Assembly (NCBI GenBank): GCA_027593235.1
Contig: JAQCIU010000007.1
Span: forward strand, 1-64,000
Origin: Chloroflexota bacterium
GTDB taxonomy: Bacteria > Chloroflexota > Dehalococcoidia > UBA2979
Direction: 5' to 3'
DNA: 64,000 nucleotides
This document shows, piece by piece, positions 9,145 to 19,239 of this stretch. Each line of letters begins with the position of its first letter. Within the stretch, counting starts at the first letter, position 1. Made by a program: the position numbers and the translations under genes. Below the pieces are notes generated by a model. That model made no database searches. It had not been told where the DNA came from and saw only the letters and a list, made by a program, of their open reading frames with translations.

Positions 9145-10334
9145 TTCGAGGCGTCCCCACGCTCCGAGGGCGGTCGCACCAGCGGCGGCGCGTGGACCTC
9201 GGCCGGTACGCGCATCCCGTCCACCTCGACCTCGACGCGTTCGAGGCCCGGCGGCAAGTACGCCAGCGCCACGCTCGCCTCGAGGAAGGCCGAGTACGCC
9301 GCGTTCACGCAAGCGCCGATGTTCTCGCCGCCCGCGTAGACGCGGTCGCCACGCGACGCGAGCCCGCGCCCGGTGAGCTTCAGTGCCCGGATCGTCCGCT
9401 CCGAGGCCGCAGCCGCCCTCGCTGCCGCGGCGCCGATCGCATCGACGGCCGCGCCCTCCAGTAGTGCGCCTAGGCCGGCTGCGGCCGGCGTGGCGGGCAC
9501 CGGGGTCTCGTAGGGCGCCTCGAGCACGCCGGCTTCGATGCGCAGCGCGTCGTGTGCCGCCAGCCCGGAAGGCACGATCCCGGCGGCGACGCTGTTCTCC
9601 CAGAAATGCTCGCCGACCTCGGGCGACACGACGAACCAGTAGCCGTCCTCGGCGATCTGCGAGATGTGCGCGACCAGCGCGCGGTAGCCGCCAAGCAACA
9701 GCTCGTGCGCCTCGCCCTCGGAAACGGCGCCGGGAATCGTCGTGCCGACGACCGCCTCGAGGAGTTCGGCCGCCTGTGGTCCCTGCACGGAGAACATCAC
9801 GCTCTCGGTCAGCCGGTCGCGCACCAGTACCTGGTCGACCAGCCCCAACTCCGCAACCGTCGCCTCGGCGATGTCCGGGAGGTGCACCTGCGTTTGCGGC
9901 CCGGTGACCACGAGCCAGCGCCCCTCATCGAGGTGCCAGACCGTCGGGATATCGAGGATCGTCCCGTCCTCGCGCAGCGCGAGTACCCGTCGCATCCCGC
10001 GCGGCGGAATCCCCGCGATGTCCGAGGCAAACAGCCGGCTGAGCACCTCGACCGCCCGCTCACCGGTGACATAGAACCGCCCGAGGTGCGACCGATCGAA
10101 GATCGCGGCGGTCTGCCGCGCCGCCCGCTGCTCGTCGTAGAGCCCGCCAAACCACAGCGGCAGCGTGAAGCTGTGCACCGGCGCGGGGTGCCACCCCTGC
10201 GCCATGTAGACGTGCGCCAGCGCCAGCGTGTTCGTCTGAATCCCGAGGTCAGGCGCGCCACCCGAGGGCACCACGTTGGGATCCCGCTTCGGAATCAGCG
10301 GAATGAAGTCGTCGAACGATCCGCCGTTGGTCAC
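9141..10334 (-). CDS. aminomethyltransferase (GcvT-like) protein
   Basis: AAIFDRSHLGRFYVTG, SVQGPQA, DALRIEAG, VALAYL. Confidence 0.85.
   Translation of the reverse strand: MTNGGSFDDFIPLIPKRDPNVVPSGGAPDLGIQTNTLALAHVYMAQGWHPAPVHSFTLPLWFGGLYDEQRAARQTAAIFDRSHLGRFYVTGERAVEVLSRLFASDIAGIPPRGMRRVLALREDGTILDIPTVWHLDEGRWLVVTGPQTQVHLPDIAEATVAELGLVDQVLVRDRLTESVMFSVQGPQAAELLEAVVGTTIPGAVSEGEAHELLLGGYRALVAHISQIAEDGYWFVVSPEVGEHFWENSVAAGIVPSGLAAHDALRIEAGVLEAPYETPVPATPAAAGLGALLEGAAVDAIGAAAARAAAASERTIRALKLTGRGLASRGDRVYAGGENIGACVNAAYSAFLEASVALAYLPPGLERVEVEVDGMRVPAEVHAPPLVRPPSERGDASN
9157..9273. repeat. 117-bp direct repeat, copy 2 (inside the gcvT-like 3' end)
   Basis: matches 7343-7459. Confidence 0.92.
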
Positions 10335-10340
10335 CGGCTG

Positions 10341-11252
10341 CTACGCCTCGTGCAGGTGCGGCAACCCCTGCCCCTCGGGCTCAACGTCCATCCACTTGCG
10401 AAAGCCCTCGGGCGTGCGGGTCATCCGCCCAATCCCGGGGTACGTCCCGTGGCAGAACATCACCAGCGCCTCTTCGTCGATACACCGCTCGACGAGCTGT
10501 TTCTTCGTCTCCATCGAGACGAGCGGCAGCACGTCGAGGCCTGACACCCAGGCCGTGCGCTCGAGCTGCGAGGTGTGCTGGACCATGTCGCCGACGTAGA
10601 CGCCCCACTCTTGGCCGGAGCGCACGACAACCGCGCCATGGCCTTCGCTGTGACCGGGCGTCGGCAGGAAGACGATCTCGTTCGTGATCTGCACCTCGCC
10701 GTCCAGCATCTCGACGCGATCCGCGATCGGATCGAGGTTGCGCGGCAGGTAGGTGGCGCGCGTCCGCTCGTTCGGGTGGTTGGCGTCGTCCCACTCGCGA
10801 GCGCTGATCAGGTACTTCGCGTTGGGGAACGTCGGCACGAACGCCTCAGTGTCCTTCGGATCGGCGCCCGGCGCGACACTCGTGTTCCACCCGCAGTGGT
10901 CGTAGTGCAGGTGCGTGTTCACGACGATGTCGATCTCCTCGGGCGCTACTCCGAGGGCTGCCAGCGAGGTCATCAGCGTGCCCTCGGAAGCCGGCGAGGC
11001 GGAGTCGCGGTCGCCGGGCTTGCCGCCGACGCCGCTCTCGATCAGCACGGTCTTACCCTGCGACCGCAGCAGCAGGCAGTTGAGCCCGGTGGTCATCCGG
11101 TAGCGGTCATCCAGCCCATCGATCTGCCGCTCCCACATCACCCGAGGCACCACACCGAAGATCGCGCCCGCGTCGTAGTAGTGCGAACCGTCGTTCACGA
11201 CGGCGAACGGCACGCTGCCGATCGAAAAACGCGCACCCGAGGGAATAGGCAC
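10341..11252 (-). CDS. MBL-fold metallo-hydrolase (YtnP-like)
   Basis: DAGAIFGVVPRVMW, THLHYDHCG, PGHSEGH; GTG start at 11252 just after the upstream stop. Confidence 0.88.
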   Translation of the reverse strand: MPIPSGARFSIGSVPFAVVNDGSHYYDAGAIFGVVPRVMWERQIDGLDDRYRMTTGLNCLLLRSQGKTVLIESGVGGKPGDRDSASPASEGTLMTSLAALGVAPEEIDIVVNTHLHYDHCGWNTSVAPGADPKDTEAFVPTFPNAKYLISAREWDDANHPNERTRATYLPRNLDPIADRVEMLDGEVQITNEIVFLPTPGHSEGHGAVVVRSGQEWGVYVGDMVQHTSQLERTAWVSGLDVLPLVSMETKKQLVERCIDEEALVMFCHGTYPGIGRMTRTPEGFRKWMDVEPEGQGLPHLHEA

Positions 11253-11253
11253 G

Positions 11254-11670
11254 CTAGTAGCCCCAGCTGATGGTGCGCGACGGCCGCAGCCGGAACACCA
11301 CCGAGTCCGAGGGATCGCCGGTCGTACTGCCATCCGCGTAGCGGTTGCCCGCCTTGTCGCCGAGGTAGTGGATCGCGAACTCGCGCAGCAGCGCCTTGTA
11401 CTCCGCGTCGGTGACCTCTTCCACCTCGCCCTGGAGGATCGCCCCCTGGTACGGCGCCGTCTTCGTATCGACACACAACGAGGCGTGTGGGTTTGCGAGG
11501 AGGTTGCGCCACTTCTTGCTGCCGCGGTCGGTCAGCAGCAGCGCCGCGCCGTCGTGCCAGCCGTACCAGATCGGCACCTGGTGTGGCCGGCCCTTCGCGT
11601 CGACGGTCCCGAGGACCGCCACGTGCGCTTCGCTCAATAATTCGTCGATCTTCGCCTCGGACAACGCCAT
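11254..11670 (-). CDS. PPOX-class (probably F420-dependent) oxidoreductase
   Basis: AVLGTVDAKGRPHQVPIWY, KWRNLLANPHASLCVD. Confidence 0.85.
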   Translation of the reverse strand: MALSEAKIDELLSEAHVAVLGTVDAKGRPHQVPIWYGWHDGAALLLTDRGSKKWRNLLANPHASLCVDTKTAPYQGAILQGEVEEVTDAEYKALLREFAIHYLGDKAGNRYADGSTTGDPSDSVVFRLRPSRTISWGY

Positions 11671-11736
11671 CGCCCCGCCTTTGTTGCCGCGTCAGTCTGC
11701 CACACCTCGTGAGCGCGGCCTCGCCTCAAACTGGCG

Positions 11737-12582
11737 CTACGCCGACTCCCAGCGGTAGCCCGAATCCACGCGCCGGACGCGGCCCAGCGTCAGGATCGGG
11801 AAGTGCCCGCCGGTCACCAGCGCGTTCTTTTCGACCGCCAGCGCGGCGATCTTGCCCCGCGACCGCGTCGACTCCGCCGGATCGAGGTCCACACCCGGAA
11901 TCCAGTCGTGGTGCTCCAAGTGCACCGGGTGGTGTTCCGCGTCCCCCAGGATCACGAGGTGCTCGCCCTGCGACGCGAGGAGGATCGAGCAGTGGCCCGG
12001 CGTGTGACCGGGCGTCGGCACCATCGTCAGCGCCTCGGAAACCGCGTACTCGCCGTCGGTCGGCTCGAGGCGCCCTGCGTCGACGTACGGCTGCGTGTTC
12101 TTGCGCGCGACCTCGGCACGGTCGTTGCCATCGAGGTCAGGCCCGCGCCAGTGGTCCAACTCGGCACGCGCGACGTAGACCGTCGCATTCGGGAAGGTGA
12201 CCTCACCGCCCGCGTCGGCGTTCGTGTTCCAGGCGCAGTGGTCCGGGTGCAGGTGCGTGTGGACGATCGTGTCCACCTCGTCGCGCCCGACGCCCAGTTC
12301 GTCGAGCCGCAGCAACAACTCGCCGCCGCCCGGGATGCCCATCTCGCGCGCCGGGACCGCCATGCCGGTATCGATCAGCGTCGTGCGCCCATCGCCGCGG
12401 ATCAGGAACGATCCGAAGTTGAACGGCACCGGCTGCTCCGGATCGGAGATCCCGAGGGCGGACGTCCAATCCGCGGCGTCTACGCCGTGAAAGAAGCCAC
12501 CGAGGGCGCGATCCGGCGCCCCATCCGACAGCGCCGCGATCTCCAGCGCACCAAGCGTGAACGTTTCGCTCAACCGACTCAT
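11737..12582 (-). CDS. MBL-fold metallo-hydrolase
   Basis: LIDTG, HTHLHPDHCAWN, TPGHTPGH, GD, GGHFP. Confidence 0.88.
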   Translation of the reverse strand: MSRLSETFTLGALEIAALSDGAPDRALGGFFHGVDAADWTSALGISDPEQPVPFNFGSFLIRGDGRTTLIDTGMAVPAREMGIPGGGELLLRLDELGVGRDEVDTIVHTHLHPDHCAWNTNADAGGEVTFPNATVYVARAELDHWRGPDLDGNDRAEVARKNTQPYVDAGRLEPTDGEYAVSEALTMVPTPGHTPGHCSILLASQGEHLVILGDAEHHPVHLEHHDWIPGVDLDPAESTRSRGKIAALAVEKNALVTGGHFPILTLGRVRRVDSGYRWESA

Positions 12583-12660
12583 CGTTGCCCCCTTCGCTCG
12601 CGCACGAGTCTAGCCGCGACTCGACTCGACCTCGCCGTCGCCCCGAACGAAACTCCGGTG

Positions 12661-13020
12661 ATGGCGACGATCTTCCACATCGCGACGCGTGACGACTGGG
12701 CGGCCGCGCAGGCAGCCGGGGCCTATGCCGCTGCCTCGCTCGACCTCGAGGGCTTCATCCACTGCTCGACCGCGGCCCAGGTCGAATCGACCGCGAACGC
12801 CTTTTACCACGGGCGCAACGACCTCGTCCTGCTCTCGCTCGACGAGGATCGCCTGACCTCGGAGCTGCGGTACGAAGCACCGGCGACCGTGGCGCACGAG
12901 GGCGATGGCGAGCTGTTCCCGCACCTCTACGGCTCGCTCAACCTCGATGCGGTAAGCGCGGTCGAACCGATGGTCCCAGGGACCGACGGGGAGTTCGCGA
13001 ACCTCGTGCCGAACGGGTAG
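12661..13020 (+). CDS. DUF952 domain protein
   Basis: IFHIATRDDW..A...EGFIHCST..FPHLYGSLN. Confidence 0.9.
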   Translation: MATIFHIATRDDWAAAQAAGAYAAASLDLEGFIHCSTAAQVESTANAFYHGRNDLVLLSLDEDRLTSELRYEAPATVAHEGDGELFPHLYGSLNLDAVSAVEPMVPGTDGEFANLVPNG

Positions 13021-13129
13021 CTGACGCCGCCTTGCCGCTCGATCCCGCCGGACCCTATGATCGCGCGCACCTCACCGGCTCGCCCCGGACACCGTGAACG
13101 CACGCCCACGCGTGCGAAGGGAGCCCCAG

Positions 13130-14074
13130 ATGCCGACACCGACCGCATTCCTGCGGGGTGAATTCGTTCCGTTGGAAGACGCGACCATCAACGTGATGAC
13201 GCACGCCTTCAACTACGGGACGGCGGTATTCGAGGGCATCCGGGGCAACTGGAACGCCGAACACGAGCAGCTCTACCTGTTCAAGGTCCGCGCGCACTTC
13301 GAGCGTCTCCGCCGCAGCGCCAAAATCATGCGCATGGAGCTGAAGTACAGCGACGACGAGCTGGTGCAGATCACGCACGACCTGGTGAAGCGCAACGGCT
13401 ACAACGAGGACGTCTACGTCCGCCCGATCGTCTACAAGTCCTCCGAGGTCGTCGGCGTGCGCATGCACAACCTCGAAGACGACTTCCTTCTCTTCGTGAC
13501 CCCGTTCGGCGCCTACCTCGACCCGGAGGCCGGCGTGCGCTGCATGACCTCCTCCTGGCGCCGTATCGACGACACGATGATCCCGGCCCGCGCCAAGGTG
13601 AACGGCCTCTACGTCAACAACGCGATGGCGAAGACGGAAGCGCAGCTCAACGGTTTCGACGAAGCGATCATGCTGAACGCCGACGGCCACGTGTCCGAGG
13701 GTTCCGGCGAGAACATCGTCATGATCCGCGACAACGTGCTGATCACGCCGCCCGAATCGGACAACATCCTCGAAGGCCTCACGCTCGACACCGCGTTGCA
13801 GTTCGCGCAGGAAGAGATGGGCCTCACGGTCGTGAAGCGCAGTATCGACCGCTCCGAGCTGTACATCGCCGACGAGATCTTCATGACCGGCACCGCCGCT
13901 CACCTCACCCCGGTGATCGAGGTCGACCGCGTGCCGATCGGCAACGGCGGTTTCGGCCCGATCTCGAAGCGTCTCCAGGAGACCTACTTCGACATGATTA
14001 CTGGCCGCCTGCCGCAGTACAGCGAGTGGCTGACCCCGGTCTACGAGCCGGCGGCGGTACCCGCGTCTAACTAG
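13130..14074 (+). CDS. ilvE: branched-chain amino acid aminotransferase
   Basis: HAFNYGTAVFEGIR, AKVNGLY, EGSGEN, ILEGLT, FMTGTAA. Confidence 0.95.
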   Translation: MPTPTAFLRGEFVPLEDATINVMTHAFNYGTAVFEGIRGNWNAEHEQLYLFKVRAHFERLRRSAKIMRMELKYSDDELVQITHDLVKRNGYNEDVYVRPIVYKSSEVVGVRMHNLEDDFLLFVTPFGAYLDPEAGVRCMTSSWRRIDDTMIPARAKVNGLYVNNAMAKTEAQLNGFDEAIMLNADGHVSEGSGENIVMIRDNVLITPPESDNILEGLTLDTALQFAQEEMGLTVVKRSIDRSELYIADEIFMTGTAAHLTPVIEVDRVPIGNGGFGPISKRLQETYFDMITGRLPQYSEWLTPVYEPAAVPASN

Positions 14075-14234
14075 GCGTCAGCCGCGGACGGCAGCCGGTG
14101 AGCCCGATCCAGGACGCGCGGTCGCGGTGCGATCCGATCGCTGACGCCCGGCACGCTCTACGCTAGTCTGACGGCACGATCGGTCGCCCGGCAGGGTGGA
14201 CCGTGGCGAGCGACCCTCTCCCCCGAGGCGCGAC

Positions 14235-15137
14235 ATGACGTATCAACCACCGCGTGCGCTCGGGATGCTCGTCGGCGGCGCGCTCACCCTCTGGGCGCTG
14301 GCGATTGCGGCCCTGATCGTTAGCTACGCGGTTGGCGCGGACTTCGGGTTCACCGTCGTGCTCACCGTCACCGGCGCCCTCGCCGCTGCCGCGCTCGCCT
14401 CGCTCTTCGGCTACTGGACCTACGCCCTCGGCACGCTCAGCTACGCCCTCGATCGCAACGGCCTCGTGATCCACTGGGGTGCCACCCGCCAGGTGATCCC
14501 GCTCAGCGACATCGAGCGGCTCGTCCCCGGTACCTCCGTCGGCGTGCCCGCCGTCCGAGGTGTCTCGTGGCTTGGCTATCACGTCGGCAGCGCCACCATC
14601 GATCGCATCGGCAACGTGCTCTTCTACTCCACGCACCAGGCGCCGGAGCAGGTGCTGTACGTGATGACATCGGAACGGAACTATGCCATCTCCGTGACCG
14701 ACCCGGCCGGCTTCGCGCGGCAGGTGCAGATCCGCCAGGACCTCGGGCCAACCGCGCGCGTCACCCACCACGCGCAGCGCCTCGGTAGCGCCGCGCAGGC
14801 GTTCTGGTACGACCCTACCGGTCGCATCCTCGTCGGCGTCGCATTGGTGGCGGCGTTCGTGATGTGGTCGATCGTCGGTCTCCGCTACCCCAGCCTGCCA
14901 GCCGCCTTCGAGCTGCAATTCCCGGCGTATACCGACAGCTCGCTGGTCAACGTGCAGACGAAGGACGCGATCCTCCAACTCCCGCGGATCGCCACCGTGC
15001 TGCTGATCGTCAACCTGCTGATTGGCTTCGTGCTGCACGCGTGGGAACGCGTCGCCGGCTACGTGCTCTTCATCGCCGCCGCGGCCGTCCAACTCGCCTT
15101 CGCCGCCGCCGTCGCGATCGCCGTCCGCGGGGTCTAG
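14235..15137 (+). CDS. membrane protein with bacterial PH-like domain
   Basis: 2 TM, then LSYALDRNGLVIHWG..VIPLSDI...YAISVTDP, then further TM segments. Confidence 0.7.
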   Translation: MTYQPPRALGMLVGGALTLWALAIAALIVSYAVGADFGFTVVLTVTGALAAAALASLFGYWTYALGTLSYALDRNGLVIHWGATRQVIPLSDIERLVPGTSVGVPAVRGVSWLGYHVGSATIDRIGNVLFYSTHQAPEQVLYVMTSERNYAISVTDPAGFARQVQIRQDLGPTARVTHHAQRLGSAAQAFWYDPTGRILVGVALVAAFVMWSIVGLRYPSLPAAFELQFPAYTDSSLVNVQTKDAILQLPRIATVLLIVNLLIGFVLHAWERVAGYVLFIAAAAVQLAFAAAVAIAVRGV

Positions 15138-15240
15138 CACCCATCGAGATCCCGCCACCGATCGCTCGCGGCGTCGGTTCTGTACGATTCCGCCGCGGAG
15201 CGGCTCCAACCAACTGGAGCGCTCAGAGGAGGAACCCCCC

Positions 15241-16176
15241 ATGCCAGATCACCTCGCAGGCAAGACTGCCATCGTCACAGGCGCTGGACGCGGTATCGGT
15301 CGCGGCATCGCGCTCGCCCTCGCCGAGCAGGGTGCCTCGGTGATCGTCAACGACTTCGGAGGATCGGTGGAGGGCGAAGGCCGCGATACCACCGTCTCGC
15401 AGGGCGTCGTCGACGAGATCCGCGCCGCCGGCGGCACCGCCGAGGCGAATGGCGCCGACGTCTCGGATCACCTTGAGGCGGAGAATCTCGTGCGCCAAGC
15501 GCTCGACTCCTTCGGCAAGCTCGACATCCTCGTCAACGTCGCGGGCATCCTCCGCGAGCGGATGATCTTCAACATGTCCGAGCAGGAGTGGGACGACGTG
15601 ATCCGCGTGCACCTCAAGGGCACCTACAACACCACCCACTTCGCCTCGATCCACTGGCGTCAGCGCCGCGAGTTCGGGCGGCTGATCAACTTCAGCTCCA
15701 CCGCCGGCATCAACGGCTCGGCCGGCCAGCCCAACTACGCCGCCGCGAAGGCCGGCTTGATCGGCTTCACCAAGTCCTGCGCGAACGCCCTCGCGCGCTA
15801 CAACGTCACGGCGAACGCGATCGCCCCGGGCGCCGCCACGCGCATGACCGACCGAGGCCTGCGCAACGCCGTCGCCATGCGCGAAGGCACCGCCGAGAGC
15901 GCCGCCGTCGAGGGCACCGAGCGTGATCCGGAAAACGTCGCACCCGTCGTCGTCTACCTCTGCTCCGAGGAAGGCGGCAACGTCTCCGGCCGCACCATCG
16001 GCGCACGCGGCTACGAGATCCAGCTCTACAGCGACATGGAGATCGAACGCCAGATCTGGTCCGAAGGCCCGTGGGACATCGACAAGCTCTTCGAGCGTGC
16101 GCCGAACAGCATCTTCGCCGGGCTCACCCCGCCCGGTGGCGACCGGCCCAGCGGCGCCACCAACTCTGACGCCTAG
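15241..16176 (+). CDS. SDR family oxidoreductase
   Basis: TGAGRGIG, VNDFGG, AGILRERM, YAAAK; GAGGAGG SD. Confidence 0.92.
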   Translation: MPDHLAGKTAIVTGAGRGIGRGIALALAEQGASVIVNDFGGSVEGEGRDTTVSQGVVDEIRAAGGTAEANGADVSDHLEAENLVRQALDSFGKLDILVNVAGILRERMIFNMSEQEWDDVIRVHLKGTYNTTHFASIHWRQRREFGRLINFSSTAGINGSAGQPNYAAAKAGLIGFTKSCANALARYNVTANAIAPGAATRMTDRGLRNAVAMREGTAESAAVEGTERDPENVAPVVVYLCSEEGGNVSGRTIGARGYEIQLYSDMEIERQIWSEGPWDIDKLFERAPNSIFAGLTPPGGDRPSGATNSDA

Positions 16177-16187
16177 CGATCGCCCCC

Positions 16188-17036
16188 GTGCCTGCACCGG
16201 GCGTGCCTGAACTGCGTCGACGCCGCCTCGGTCGGACCAACCTGCTGGTCACCGAGGTCGGCCTCGGCGCGATGGACACGCCAACCTCGCCCGACGGTGC
16301 AGCCACCCTCGTCGCTGCCGAGGATGCTGGCATCAATTTCGTCGACACCGCGCGCGACTACGCCGGCAGCGAGTTCCTGATCGGCCAGCACGTCCGCGCG
16401 CTTGCCGAGGTCGGTCGCGGCACGAACTTCCTGCTCGCCTCGAAGACCTTCAGCCACAACGTCAACGGCAGCCAGCGCGATATCGACCGCTCCGCCGCCA
16501 CGCTTGGTGTCGACCAGATCCCGCTCTACCAGCTCCACGACATCTCGACGCCGGAGGCCTGGGCGGAAGCCCGCGACGAAGACGAGGGCGCACTCGCCGG
16601 CCTGAAGGTCGCCCAGCTCCGAGGCCTGATCACGCACATCGGCGTCTCCAGCCACAACACCGCACTGCTCGCGGAGCTGATTAGCTGCGGTGAGTTCGAC
16701 ACCGTGATGCTGGAGTACTCCGCCTTCCTCACCGAGACCGCCCCGCTGATCGACCTCGCCGTCGAGCACGACGTCGGCGTGATCGTCATGCGCCCCATCG
16801 GAGGCTCCGGCCGCACCAGCGCCATGCGCACCGCGATCGCCGAGGGCGACTCGGGTCCGCTCACCCCCGCCAACCTGCTGCGCTACGTCCTCGCCAACCC
16901 CGGCGTCTCCGTCGCCATCCCCGGCGCGCGCCACCCCTCGCGCATCCTCGAAAACGTCGCCACGGCGACGGACGCACCGCCGATGGGCGAAGCGGAGCGC
17001 GCGGAACTGGAGGCAGCGGCAGCCCGGCTGTACTGA
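16188..17036 (+). CDS. aldo/keto reductase
   Basis: GLG, GINFVDTARDY, LYQLH, HIGVSSH. Confidence 0.9.
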   Translation: MPAPGVPELRRRRLGRTNLLVTEVGLGAMDTPTSPDGAATLVAAEDAGINFVDTARDYAGSEFLIGQHVRALAEVGRGTNFLLASKTFSHNVNGSQRDIDRSAATLGVDQIPLYQLHDISTPEAWAEARDEDEGALAGLKVAQLRGLITHIGVSSHNTALLAELISCGEFDTVMLEYSAFLTETAPLIDLAVEHDVGVIVMRPIGGSGRTSAMRTAIAEGDSGPLTPANLLRYVLANPGVSVAIPGARHPSRILENVATATDAPPMGEAERAELEAAAARLY

Positions 17037-17146
17037 GCGACGGACGCTGCCGAGTCGCGCCCTAGAACATCTGGTCGGCTAGTGACAACGCCTCGCGCCC
17101 CGACTCACCATCGACTCACGCACTCCAAACGGAAGCGAGGTCGATC

Positions 17147-19162
17147 GTGGAAGCACGAACCCAGACGAGCCTGCCAGCGGTCACCGATCGCCAGCTCGAG
17201 GTCGCCGCCCTGATCGCGCGCGGCCTCGACAACCCCGCGATCGCCCGCGAGCTGGGCATCTCGCTCGCCGGCGCGAAGTACCACGTCTCGGAACTGCTCG
17301 CGCGGCTCAACCTCGGCAGCCGCGATGAGGTCGCCCGCTGGTACCGGGGCCACCAACGAGGCGGCACGTTCCGCCGCTTCGGACTGGCTCCGCTCGGCTG
17401 GGCGCTCGGCGGCCTCGCCGGGGCGGCGATCGCCGCCACCGCCGTCGCCGTGTTCGCACTCGGCGGAGCCGTGGGCGAGGAGAGCGTCGAAGCTCCGGCG
17501 CCGACTGCCGCAGTCGTCTCGCAGCCGACCGGCAACGGCGGATTCATCGCAACTGGGTCCCCGACGACCCCGACCCGCGCGCAGTTCACCACAAGCCTGC
17601 TCGAAGACGGACGCGTCCTGCTCGCGGGCGGCGCGACCCTGGACGGTGCCCGAACCACCGAGCTCTACGACCCAGCCAACGGAACCTTCTCGCCGGGTCC
17701 CGAGACCGCCGAGGGCAGGCGCGCCCACGCGGCCGTCCGGCTCGCCGACGGCCGCGTCCTGCTGGCCGGCGGCATGTCGCTCGAGGGCGCGCTCGTCCTG
17801 CGTTCAACCGAGGTCTATGACCCGAACGACGGAGCCTTCCACAGCGCCGCCTCGATGACCGATCCGCGCTGGGACGCGGCGGCGGTGCTGCTCCAGGACG
17901 GGCGAGTGCTGGTCAGCGGCGGCGTGATCGAGAACCTCGAGGACGGCTCACCCGTGCTTAGCGACCGCGCCGAACTGTACGACCCGGTCACCGATGCCTT
18001 CGCCGCGACGGGCTCGATGCACAGCGCACGCCGCAGCCACCACCTCACCCTCCTCGAAGACGGCCGCGTGCTCGTGACCGGTGGCGGACCGCTGGAGGTC
18101 TACGACCCGACGACCGGCGAGTTCACGCTGCTTGGCGGGGAACCGGTGGTCGACAACGAGCCCGCCGTAGCGACGCGCCTGGCCGATGGCCGCGTGCTGA
18201 TCACCGGAGTCTACGACGACCCCGAAGCCCGCCGGCGTGGCGACTCAAACCGGGCAACCGCGGCCTACCTCGTCGACCCGACCTCGGGCACGATCGACCG
18301 CACGGGCGATCTGACGACAGGCCGCTCCGGGTACCACACGGCAACCCTGCTGCCCGACGGTCGCGTCCTCATCGCAGGTGGGAGTAGTGGATACGGCCAG
18401 CAGACCGTCTACCCGCCCGAGGAGATCTTCGACCCGGCAACCGGCCTCTTCGAGGTCATCGCGTCGACCGAGGATGGCCAGACCCCGTCCGGCCTGCGGG
18501 CGACCAACGTCGCGACTCACCTCGCCGGGCACACCGCGACGCGGCTGTCCGACGGCTCGGTACTCATGATCGGCTCGACGCGCACCGCCACCGCGCCGGC
18601 CCTCGTCGCTGAGCGATTCGACCCGATCAAGCAGGACGCAGGCGACCGCTTCGCCGAGGCGGGGCGAAACTCCCCAATTCCGGTCCCGACGCCGGGCCGG
18701 GCGCTGAGTACTGACTACACCGGCTTCCTCGGCAGCGGCGGAACACCGCTCAATGCATCGACATTCGTCGCCGCCGTCGAGGCGCTGGGCGTACAACTCC
18801 GCGAACTCCCGAGCGGCCTCGGTATGTGTGGCGCAGGTGCCGAAGGACGGATCGGACTGGGCATCCGCGCGACACGCGTCGACGGCAACCCCGGCGCCGA
18901 GGATTTCGCGCTGTACGTCTACTCGTCCCCCGAAGCCCTCGCGGCTCACTGGATCACCGACGAAGCCGGGGCCGTGCGAACGAACCCTGGATCAGACTGC
19001 GATGACGCGTGGGGACAGGGAACGATGTCGTGGGAGCTTGGGGGACTCCTGATCAACGGCAACCAGCTGCTGATCTTCGACGTCCCCTCCTCGACGTTCG
19101 ACCAGCACGACCCCGACCTCCGAGCGCGGCTCATCGAGGCCTTCGAGTCGATGCAGCCGTAG
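17147..19162 (+). CDS. LuxR-HTH + transmembrane helix + Kelch-repeat protein
   Basis: TDRQLEVAALIARGLDNPAIARELGISLAGAKYHVSELL HTH; hydrophobic segment; about 7 L.DGRVL..GG / E.YDP Kelch repeats. Confidence 0.85.
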   Translation: MEARTQTSLPAVTDRQLEVAALIARGLDNPAIARELGISLAGAKYHVSELLARLNLGSRDEVARWYRGHQRGGTFRRFGLAPLGWALGGLAGAAIAATAVAVFALGGAVGEESVEAPAPTAAVVSQPTGNGGFIATGSPTTPTRAQFTTSLLEDGRVLLAGGATLDGARTTELYDPANGTFSPGPETAEGRRAHAAVRLADGRVLLAGGMSLEGALVLRSTEVYDPNDGAFHSAASMTDPRWDAAAVLLQDGRVLVSGGVIENLEDGSPVLSDRAELYDPVTDAFAATGSMHSARRSHHLTLLEDGRVLVTGGGPLEVYDPTTGEFTLLGGEPVVDNEPAVATRLADGRVLITGVYDDPEARRRGDSNRATAAYLVDPTSGTIDRTGDLTTGRSGYHTATLLPDGRVLIAGGSSGYGQQTVYPPEEIFDPATGLFEVIASTEDGQTPSGLRATNVATHLAGHTATRLSDGSVLMIGSTRTATAPALVAERFDPIKQDAGDRFAEAGRNSPIPVPTPGRALSTDYTGFLGSGGTPLNASTFVAAVEALGVQLRELPSGLGMCGAGAEGRIGLGIRATRVDGNPGAEDFALYVYSSPEALAAHWITDEAGAVRTNPGSDCDDAWGQGTMSWELGGLLINGNQLLIFDVPSSTFDQHDPDLRARLIEAFESMQP

Positions 19163-19239
19163 CCCGGCCGTGACCGCCCTCACCTCCGCCTCCGGGCGCG
19201 CCCGCGATACTCGCCTCCCGGCCGGGAGGTTCGAGGCCC

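Noticed and set aside
17064-17077. AGAACATCTGGTCG as an SOS box before the LuxR-Kelch gene
   Set aside because: Single one-mismatch hit in front of a gene with no repair role; could be chance
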